This document shows positions 37,518 to 47,380 of a stretch of DNA of 64,000 nucleotides, piece after piece (the first letter of the stretch is position 1; each line of letters starts with the position of its first letter). Source of the DNA: Camelus dromedarius (lineage: Eukaryota); NCBI RefSeq assembly GCF_036321535.1, contig NC_087436.1, positions 14,818,001 to 14,882,000 of the forward strand. The letters are read 5' to 3'. Made by a program: the position numbers and the translations under genes. The notes under the pieces were generated by a model. The model ran no database searches. It was not told the origin of the DNA and was given only the letters and a program-made list of their open reading frames with translations.

Positions 37518-37597
37518 CACAACCCACATCCTGCCCTTTCCTGAATCCATGCTTCTTAAACCCCTGGCACAATCCATTTTATGACCATTACTGGGCT
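37518..37597 (+). pseudogene. pseudo-exon (2->1): TTHILPFPESMLLKPLAQSIL*PLLG
   Basis: cctcctctttag acceptor; gtatgc donor; phases fit. Confidence 0.7.
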
Positions 37598-37880
37598 GTA
37601 TGCTGCTTTTTAAAATACAGTGACAGCAGGACAAATCAAGAACATGTGTTTGATTGTTAGGCTCTGCAGTGGGCTGGGGGAGTTCAGGAATGGGGAATAA
37701 CTGAGGGGTCCTGGGCTTTAGCAAAATGATCAGAAGACAATATACGTCACGTGTGTGTTGCTTGCACCACATTGCTGTTCAGCCCCTTTGTTGTATAAAC
37801 GGAGAGCAGTCAGCTTTCTCATGGAGATTAGAAAGGCCAGAAAGGCACTGACTGCACATCCTACTTTGTTACTTTCTCAG

Positions 37881-38092
37881 CTACTCCTGAAGATGCTTGG
37901 GAAATAGATATTTGTTCAACTAATAACCATTTCAATTTAATGCAGTGTCAAGCATTTGCATACATATTCCTCCAGCAAAGGGTGACCTTTAACCAACCAC
38001 CTCAAACCTCCCTGCATGTACCCCCCCCATCAGATGCAGGTGTTTTTCTGATTAGTCAGGAATTCACAAGGCTTATGCCAACTATAGGAAAT
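37881..38092 (+). pseudogene. pseudo-exon (1->0): TPEDAWEIDICSTNNHFNLMQCQAFAYIFLQQRVTFNQPPQTSLHVPPPSDAGVFLISQEFTRLMPTIGN
   Basis: tactttctcag acceptor; gtgagt donor; 70 stop-free codons; phases fit. Confidence 0.7.
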
Positions 38093-38429
38093 GTGAGTGT
38101 GATTTATCAAGGTGTGGGAACTTGGATACATCTTTTGACTTCTCTGGGCCTCAGTTTCCTCATCTGAAAATGGGTGTGGAAACTAGATCAGCTGATAGCT
38201 GAGAACATTTCACAGCATTCAAATTCCATGATTCTCTCTTAAATTGTGCTTGTCCTCTAGATATTTTCTCAGACATCTGAGTTTGCCACTCCTCCACTTT
38301 CCTTTGGAGGTAACAGAGCAGTCTCTATAATGTGTTTACCAGTCTTTGGTGAAAGCAATTCACATAATCTTGGTTTGGTTAGGGATATGAGCATGGGTAT
38401 TAAAGCAAATGATCTAACAGATAAGATAC

Positions 38430-39065
38430 TGTATTAGTTTTTCACTGCCGCATAACCAATCACCACAAAGTTCGTGATTTATAGCCACTCAAATTACACA
38501 AATCTGGCAGTTTTTGTGGGCTGAGAATCTAGGACAGTTCAGATGGCTCCTCTGCCAGTGATGTCACCAGCTAAAGTCAAGGTGTCAGCTGGGGCTGTGA
38601 TCTCATCTGAGGTTCAGGGTCCTCTTTGAAACTCTTTCAGGCTGTTGTCAGTATTTAGTCCTTTGTGGTTGTAGGACTGTAGTCCCAGTTTCTTGCTGGC
38701 TCTCAGCTGGGGGTGACTCCCTTAAAGGCTGACCTCAGGTACAAGCCATGTGGCCCTTCCACAGCACAGAAGTTTACTTCTTCAAGGCCAGCAGGAGAAC
38801 ATCTTCTGATGCTTCTCATCTCTTTGAAGGGCTCACCTGATTATGATAGGCTTACCCAGAGTAACTCCCTTTTAGTTACCTCAAAGTCAACTGATTAGGA
38901 ACCTTAATTACATCTGCAAAATCCCTTTGCCACCAACCAGAGAGGGATATGCCACTGTATTCACAGGTCCTGTCAACACCCAGGAGGAGAGGACTACACA
39001 AGGGGAGGGGGGTATACACCAGGTAGCAGGAATTTGATGTGGGTCTTAGAATTCTGCCTATCACA
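38430..39065 (-). mobile_element. MaLR LTR (MLT1E/F-like)
   Basis: tgtattagttt...aaagtcaactgattaggaaccttaattacatctgcaaaatccctt...gaattctgcctatcaca. Confidence 0.8.
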
Positions 39066-39421
39066 GCTCTGAAAGCTGGGGTTGCATTCTCAAACATACA
39101 CAAAGGTAGTCAGGCATGATAACCTGTGAAACTCCAGGAATTTACAGTGGGAACTAGTGGGGCCTGTGGTGAACTAGGGCCTATGACTTCCCGAGAAAAC
39201 CTTGATATGTTGCCATGGTGATCACTAAAATAATCTAGAAGTCCGGATTTTCATGTGAAAACTCCTGAGTTTTAAATTTGGACAACCATTTATAAATGGT
39301 TTTAAGATTTCAATTATTAAAAAAATATGTGTATATATTGAAATCCACAGCTGTGGGTCAGAGGCGATCTGTTGATCTAGGGTGTGAATTCTGTATTTGA
39401 GAAAGCCAGTTTGATTTCCAG

Positions 39422-39490
39422 TTACAGGAAATGACAAATTTGACCTTGCCAAGGAGAAATCCAACTCTAGAGACAAAATAGCTTCAGGAA
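39422..39490 (+). pseudogene. pseudo-exon (0->0): LQEMTNLTLPRRNPTLETK*LQE
   Basis: ttgatttccag acceptor; gaa|gtaagt donor; TAG at 39479-39481. Confidence 0.7.
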
Positions 39491-40843
39491 GTAAGTGATT
39501 GCATCAGTCAGTCAGAGCCCTGGATGTGGCCAGGCATCTTGGGCAGCAGAAGCTGAATTTGTATAAGACAGACTCCTGAAGGGGGGCGGGGATGACTGAG
39601 GTGACAAAGTGGGAGGCAGGGTCCCACTGGGATCACTGCTCTAAAACAGTGTTTACCCTGAAAAAAGACTCCCTCTCCACCTTGTAATGTGGTCCCATGA
39701 GCCAAATGCATATCACCTCACATTTGTAATGCAACACCTTCAATGGTTTGCCAGAAAATTGCTGCCCAAATTACACTTCTGTGAAGAGTACACAGTAATA
39801 ATGCACCACAAGGGCAGAGAAAAATGTATTGCAATTGGATACATTGAATAATGTAATGTTTCAACAATACCAGAAAGAATGTTGTATTATTAAAATACCA
39901 TGGCAGTTTTAAAATGCAGCATTAACATCACCATGAGCAAGCAGGAAGACTGAGAATAACAAATACTGAGCTTTTCTCAGAGCAACGGTGGGGCAAAAAA
40001 AAAAAAAAATCCTTCAATCCACTTACACTTTCAGAGAATAGACAAGCTTTACAGGAAGGGATGACTGGAGTGAGAAAGAAATCGGTTTGGCTCTCATTCA
40101 ATATGGGAGGGGCAGAAGGAGGGAAGTTAGAGCATCTCTTTAAGCAATCTACCCAGGTACAGTGATGCACTGAGGACCAGTCTAGATGATTCAGGCTCCA
40201 AAATGTCTACCTTTTCTGGAATTGCCAATCTTTGAGGGTAAAATAGTCGGTGCTTTCTGTCTTCTTAATGATAGTCCTTTCCTGGAGACCTGACTGGTAT
40301 CCAAGCATGTTACAAGGTACATAAAGTTGAACCTGAGTGCTGTTTGTGAACCTCACACAGACAATCCCCAGGGACTCCCTCAGTGCCGGTCTATTCTCAT
40401 GGGCTCCCGAGTCCTAGCTAGTCCTTAGATGATTTTACATTCTTGTAAGTCACCCTACCTGGATTTTTAATGCTTATTTAATGTGTCAACTCACCAATTT
40501 GATGTTTTCTTCACCTGGTCACAGGAGAGGTGCACAGTGTCCTCATGGAGCACTTTGATTGCAGGAAAAGGAAATCCACCAAAACTAATTGGAGAAAAGA
40601 GGGACATGGAGTGGAGGGAGATGTGTAATTTCATAGTCCCCCAGAGCAGGCAGCTCAACTGGGCCTCACATGGCCCTGGAGCCAGAATAGGATCATCTGC
40701 AAGAGAGTCACTGTCTTGTGCTGCCACCCGGGGGCTGTCTATGCCACTATGCCAGTGGGGGTGGTTGCCTGTCTGAAAGGAATGTGCAGAGTTTGTTGCT
40801 TCTTCATCTCTGTGTATCTGCTTCATTCTGTTCTCTCTGCCAG

Positions 40844-41326
40844 GTGAGGAAAGAGCCACCCCAACCGTACCTTTGCAGGACCCATCGAATATAAGACCCA
40901 GCTCTGACCGATGAGAGACCCTGGTGCCCAGTTCCAAACTGGGACAAGAGGAAGTCAGGTTGACCTACCTCAAGCCCAACCAGAATCTCTCCAAGTGTTG
41001 TTTTCCTTCCCATCAATCTAGTATTCTTTAAACTTTGCATTGTTTTCATACTGTGACCCAAAGTGGATGGAATGGGGACAGGGTCGGGAAATGCCACCAT
41101 CTGAAATTGAAGCCCCAAGGACCTACCATCCCGTGGATGTGATGTGTCATCTGCTGGAGTGATGACTTGAGGCATGCTGCAAATTAGCTTAGAGGGCCAC
41201 CCTGGATGCACCATGAAGATACACTGAATGCCACTGATCTGAAATAAATATTAATCATCGAAATAGTACCACATTACTGATAGAAATGAGTAGTCTGCTT
41301 GGGATGTTAAAAAAAATAAAAATAAA
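40844..41326 (+). pseudogene. putative terminal exon: VRKEPPQPYLCRTHRI*DPALTDERPWCPVPNWDKRKSG* + 3'UTR
   Basis: Strong pyrimidine tract + ccag acceptor; AATAAA at 41243-41248, 41315-41320 and 41321-41326. Confidence 0.55.
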
Positions 41327-42094
41327 GAATGAGTTGAAGAGTTACTGGTTGTCTCTGGCCCTGGCCAGAGGGGTGGGTACCTTGATTGGCGCCAGGGGTC
41401 TTCTGGCCCACTGTGGGGTGCCACTTATTAGGGCAGAGGCTCATTAGGGCTGGATAAAATCAACCGTTAAACATCTTCCCAGGCCCTGCTCTGTGACCTT
41501 GCCTCGAGTTAGTCATTTTGTTTTTCAAAAGTACTTTCTGATTTAGGAAAAAAAAAAATGTACTCAGCAGCTGTCAGCCAGTCTCATGAGTCTGATTAGC
41601 TTGAACCAATCATCCAGAACTTCAAAGAACTCACAAAATTGAGCTCCTGAACCCCAGATCTGAAGACCTTGGTGATCTTGAAGGTGTCAACCAATGAGCT
41701 CCTACCTCACTTGAATGACTCCAAAGAGAAGTCCTTGTAGGCACAGAGAGAAGCATGGTGAGGATCCCTGTAACAGCTGAGAAGTTAGCATCCCATGGGC
41801 TTCTTTTCTCCAAGCCCATTAGCACATGTGGTGGGGAGATGTCCCAGCCAGGTGAGGGGCAGGTGGTCCCAGCACTGCGGCACAGAGACATCCATGGCAG
41901 GTGGAACTCTCAGAGTCCTTCACGTCACCCAGTGAAGGCAACTGCTGCTTCTCTCTGTAAATATGGCAGGAGTTGCCTAAAGAAGTCTGCCGGGAAAAGG
42001 GCAGACCAGCAGAGCTTTGCCTTCTTATGAGTAGGTAGACACTTTGACTAATGTGCTATGGGGTTTTCTCTCCTTCTACGGTTTCTGTCTGCAG

Positions 42095-42466
42095 GTCTCT
42101 GTCTGCCTGGGCTGCCACAACAAAATAACATACACAAGGGGACCTAAAACAACAGAAATTTATCTTCCCATGGTTCTGAATGCTGGGAAGTCCAAGATCA
42201 AGGTGTTGGCCAATTTGGTTTTTAGTGAGGACTCTCTTCCTATCTTGCAGACAGCCACCTCTCTCTGTGTCCTGACACGGCAAAGACAGAGAGAGGAAGA
42301 GGGAGCTCTCTGTGGCTCTTCTTAGAAGGGCACTAATCCCATCAGACCAGGGCCCCACCCTCATGATCTAATTATCTCCAAAAGCCCCATCTCCAATTAT
42401 CATTACCTTGTGGGTTAGGGTTTAACATATGAATTTTCAGAGGATGCAGACATTCAGTCCTTAACA
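42095..42466 (-). mobile_element. MaLR LTR (MLT1A-like)
   Basis: gggaagtccaagatcaaggtgttggc...gggcactaatccc...cattcagtccttaaca. Confidence 0.8.
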
Positions 42467-43289
42467 GCTCCTTTCCTCCATGGAAACTCCGTGTCCTTTT
42501 AGAGAAGAGATATTGGGGAAGAATGGCAGCTCATGGAGCTGCATGGATGGAGCTGGTCTCTTTTCTCTTATGAATATGCCCCAGTAAACACGTTATAACT
42601 CAGGGACCAACCTCAGATGCTGCAAAGGAGATGTACTGAGAAGTGACCCAAACCAACCTGGTTGGGCACAACTCTTGGATTCCTTTTGGTAGAAACAAGT
42701 GGTTTGCGGGGGGGGGGGGGTGAGTTTCATGACATCACATGAGCTCTCTACATTTATTAGCAGTTAATGTAAAACAGGTCATACAAGCTTTTCTGAAAGC
42801 TAAATGATATCCCAGAAATTATCCCCTTAAGTACTTCAATCATTACCTTTGATGATAGTTCATTTGAAGTGATGTGACAACAGTCTGGAAGCCGAATGCT
42901 ACTGTCTTGCTAGTTGGCACTAGACAACCAGATCCTCCAACTCGATGGCCTTTGTGGGCCACTTAGGGGACACGCCTTGGCTGCCGTCTCTAAGAGGATA
43001 GCTACAGACCTCACTGGACTGTTATTCTCTTTTCACCTAAGGGTGTGGAATGTCTCTCAACTATTCAGGCCGTTCGGCATGCTTCTCTGGCTTTGGCGCG
43101 CAGGACTCTCTCTCTGGGTTTAGTACTCACCCTGGGCTTCCGCACAGGTGGCAGTTACATCCGGGAATCTCCTGCTGCCCAAACCTGGTCCCTGATCCCC
43201 AGACAAACCCAGCCAACCTGGCCAGTTCTTCCCGGCCTGAAATGAGGTCAGGAGGGGGCACTGGACAACCATCAAACAGAAATGGGAGG

Positions 43290-43500
43290 CAGAGTAACAG
43301 GAACGCGGGCCCTGGATCCAGACAGATGTGGCTCAATTCCAGCTCTTTGCTACTTGCTGTGTGACTTGGGGCAAGACACTTAACTTTTCTGAGCCTGTTT
43401 CCTCAACTCCCCAATTATTTCAATGTTAACTTCTGCAAAATTCCTGACACATAGAACTAGCGCGATGAACACTGGCTGTTAGTAGTCGTAGTATTGTTAT
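43290..43500 (+). mobile_element. MIR SINE
   Basis: ctacttgctgtgtgacttggggcaagacacttaac. Confidence 0.7.
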
Positions 43501-46489
43501 TGCTGTCACACTCAATAGGTGGGTGAAATGCAGTTGTGCGGCCTCCAAGGATCCCCTTGTAGGGGTCCCATTAGGGACGACCAGTCCAGGACTAAGTTCC
43601 CCATGAGATGTCAGTGTCAGAAGGAGGGGCTAGCAGGGCCAGAGTGGACAGGTGGTGTTTGGGGAAGAAAAGTGACCAGCCAGGCAGGTAGCCAGAAAGA
43701 ACCAAGAAGAATTAGACACAGGCAGAAACCCCGTCTGAGAACTGGGGCTCCAGCACTCTGATCTCAGCACATGGAAGCCCAGTCTTACAGGGCAGGGGCA
43801 GCCAGGGCCCCCTGCTAGTAAAGGTGGCCTTGAGCTGTAACAAAGGTTAGGCAGGGCTGTTGACCTTGCAGTCAGGCCTGAGCCTGAGGAAGAGGGCTGT
43901 GAAGCTGCTGGAGGTAAGTTTTGATCAGATTTTCTCAGTGTGAAGACCTTGAAGGGTAGGTCAGAGGTGGTATCGGGATAGGAGGAGCACACAGTACGCA
44001 TTTCCCCAGGCCCAGCCCTCAGCAGATATTTGGCTCTGTCCCCCAGAGAAAATTCTAGCTAAAACCCAAACTGCTTGTTGATTAGCAAATATGAACAATG
44101 TACAAATTAAACCACCTGCTCCTGTTGAATTAATTTAGGTTATACTGGGGCTGGGGCGGAGCGGCTGATGGTTAGTTAACACAATCATGCAAATTAACCC
44201 ACGCCTGGCTTCCAGGCAGCTCCCCACTGGCCACAGCAGGGGCCCTAAGGGAAATTAGGCAACAGACCTTAAAGAAAGCAAAAATCTCTGCTTTGTCTGT
44301 TCTGACAGTTTTCAGCTACTTTCCACAGGAGTCTTTTGGGGAGAATATTCAGTACCTTTTCTTCTTGGTCCAATAATACAGGAAGCAGAAAATAAAAAAT
44401 CGTGGGAAAGAATAATGCAACCATCGGTGTCCTGGGCCAGTGTCCCTCTGGTGAGCGGGTGATATTACTTCTGTGTTTCACATTTCTATGTGGGTCCCTG
44501 AGACTTAATTCTGAGAGCCATTCTCCATCAGGTGGGTTATTGAACATTGCCAAGAAGAGACTAGCCCGGACTTCCTTGGGTGATGGGGGCTGACTTCCAG
44601 GACACAAGGGAAAGGAAGAGGGTAGGACACCTTTTCCTCATTAGCCACAGTTGTTCAGGGTTTCAGCTCGGTCAGGACTAGAGAGAAAAGAACCTGAGTT
44701 ATTTGAGGTGTAGGCTGAGCCCACACCCATCATTCAGATTCTCCAAGAGAGACGTCTGATGGGTTCTGCCTGTCACAGAACACCCAGATTGGGCTAAGAT
44801 TGTCAAGCCTCCTCATGACCAGTCTGCAGTGGTTGGGGCACCAATCCCAGGTATCATCAGTCGTGGCCCAGGTAGCATAACTGGTCTGCTAAATAAGAGT
44901 ACAAAGCTGGAGACACAAGAACGCTGTGCTTCAGAAAAGCGTTCTTCAGAAGTGGGCTGAGGGCACGGTAGACCCTTACCGGATCGCAGACCCAGCTCCA
45001 GAATACATACCTCTGCGATTTTCCCCCTTGCAGGGTGGGTGAGCGTTGTGAGAGACACGTGATCGCTAACTTCAGATGGGTGAGGCAGGTGGTGAAGATG
45101 GCAGGGGATGCAGGGGACGGAAGTTCATCCCAGCTTTTCTCACCCTGGCCTCTTTGTCCCCACCTCTGGATTCCTAGTCCCACCTCATTCATAAGGAGAA
45201 AGGTGGTGGGATGCGGTGGGAGCAACTAAGAGGACCGATTCCCTGTGGGCGGGCTCTGGCCTCTGCAGAGCTGCCTTGGGTCTCACCCTGTGTGCCCCCC
45301 GGGACCACCTGTCTGTCTGCAGCCATTTTCTCCGGCAGGACAAGCACCGCCATCAACAGCACCAACGGGCGAGCAGCAGCTTCATGGAGAAGAACCACTG
45401 TAACTCCCTCTGCGACGGGTCAGCTCTGCTCTGCGACGTGTCGTGGTGGAAGGCGCGGGGCATTTGGACACGTGTGAGAGATGGGTCGGGGCCCCAACTT
45501 TAAATGTTGCCTTGGCTCCTTATTGAACTATCTGTGAAAGTTTTGGAGGGTCACCTAACCTTTCTGATGCTTCGTTGCCTTCTCTGTAAAATCAAAGTCA
45601 TAACCTGACCTTAAAAAGTGTGCCAGGCACCCAGTGAAAAATTCAACTATAAAAGCATTTTGTAATTCTACACTATCATAGAAATGTTTTGCTTCAAACT
45701 TACTTTTATGATTTTTTTTTTTGCTCATTATGGCAGGAAGTTTGGTTTTCTTTATTCAATACTGCAATGCTGTGGAAAAAATAGGAAAAAAAAAATCAAG
45801 ATTACAATTTCTATTACAGATAAAAGCTCAGATGCACAGACAATGAGTTGGATACTGTTAAGCCCTTCTCTTAACTAGATATTCCAGTCTCCATCCAGTC
45901 GTTGACCATTGAGCTTGTCCTCCAGGGATCCTATCAAACAAAAGGTATTAGCATCGGAACTTCACTTGGTTTTAAAGTTTGCATCACATCCTGGGGGGTT
46001 GTGGCGTGTTATGCTGAACGTACGGTAGGTTGCGTATAGCATTAATTCATTTTTGTTAAACACCTTGAAGAGGAGTGATTCGGCTGCTGAATCTATGTGT
46101 TGTGGTTGCGTGTAAATAAACACACAGATCAAATTTAGAGCTGACCTGGAGAAGTCGGTGACGGATGTCCCAGCATCATATCAGTGGAGGCAGTTTGATT
46201 TTTTTAAACACTCTTCTGAAACGTCCTGCCCCTCCTCCTGGGTAATTTGTCTGTCACTTTCTGAGTTCCAGTTCCCTCCTGGCTCTGTGAGCAGCGTCAA
46301 AGCCTGAATTTCCCTACAGGCGAAGGCACAGAACCATAATCCTCCACAAACAGCAGCTTTGTTATGCTTGAGGTAGAGATGCTGAAGGTGGGCCATATAT
46401 CCTCACAAGAGCTCCAGCTTGGTCTGAAGGAATCCTGATGGGCTGTGCGGCACGGGCCTCTGGTCGGCTCTGTGAAGAATGCGTGGTAG

Positions 46490-46806
46490 GTGAATTTTTT
46501 GCTGGGGCTGCCGCAACAGAGTGACACAGACTGAGTGTTTTGAACAACAGAAATGTATTTTCGTCCAGTTGCGGAGGCCAGAAGCCCAAGAGCAAGGTGT
46601 TGGCCGGGTGGCGTCTTCTGAGGCTTCTCTCGTTGGCTTGTTGGCGGCCGTCATCCGTCCGTGTCTTCACCGCGGTCTCCTCTAACCTTCTCACGAGGAC
46701 ACCAGTCAAATTGGATTACAGTTCACCCTAATGGCCTCCTCTTGAGATACTGGGGGTTAGGACTTCAACATACGAATTGAAGAGGCATATAATTCCTCTC
46801 ATACCA
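46490..46806 (-). mobile_element. MaLR LTR (MLT1B/C-like)
   Basis: aacaacagaaatgtatt...ggaggccagaagcccaag...gggggttaggacttcaacata. Confidence 0.75.
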
Positions 46807-47154
46807 GTAGGAAATTGTGCTTTTGGTACAGGACATCTATTCAGCGGATGAAAACCGTTTTTTCTTCCCAGATTCCTAAATATCAGTTTTGTCCTACAGC
46901 TTACAGCTTTTTCATCCTCATTTCTAAATTTCTAACCTCATTCTAGGTTTTTCCTGGGCAGGTTCTGCTGTGATGGAAGAGAGCTTCTCTGACCTGAAGA
47001 CCCTAAAGAGGCTGTGTACAGCCCCAAATTATGCTGGTGAAAGAGGATCTTGAAAAGGAGCACACCTGGGGGACATGGGCCATGAATTCAGCCTGAGCCA
47101 AACTCTCAGGTCCGTGTAATAGCTACCGAGTCCCAGGAGCTGAAGGGCTACCCG

Positions 47155-47380
47155 GTAGCATCCAGTGGAACTTTCTGCAATGGTGGACATGCTTTATATC
47201 CTGTAGAATATTCTATATCTATGCCATCCAATATAGTCACCACTAATCACTATGGCTGTTAAGCATTCGAAATGTGGTGAGTGCAATTGAAGAACTGAAT
47301 TTTTGATTTTACTTAATTTTAAGTAATCTAATGTAAATAGCCATGCGGGGAGAATTGCTGTCACGTTGGTCAACACAGTC
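47155..47380. mobile_element. hAT-Charlie DNA transposon (MER3-like)
   Basis: gaactttctgcaatggtggacatg...ccaatatagtcaccacta...gaagaactgaattttt. Confidence 0.7.

Larger units (their letters stand above)
2195..41326 (+). pseudogene. Unprocessed multi-exon pseudogene (~27 exons) of an uncharacterised protein with DUF4708/PAZ-like and Tudor-like modules
   Basis: Chain of AG...GT-bounded segments with mostly matching intron phases and protein-like translations, broken by >20 stops and frameshifts. Putative last exon starts at 40844. AATAAA signals at 41243 and 41315-41326. The 5' end may lie further upstream. Confidence 0.85.

Noticed and set aside
2195..41326. Naming the pseudogene C18orf63, TDRD10, TDRD1/6/7/12, PIWIL, NUGGC or RGSL1
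   Set aside because: Only short motif-level resemblance. Identity and exon layout do not fit orthology, so no symbol was assigned.
45000..45500. CpG-enriched patch with several ORFs as further exons
   Set aside because: It lies beyond the putative poly(A) signals, with no consistent acceptor/donor pair or recognisable translation.
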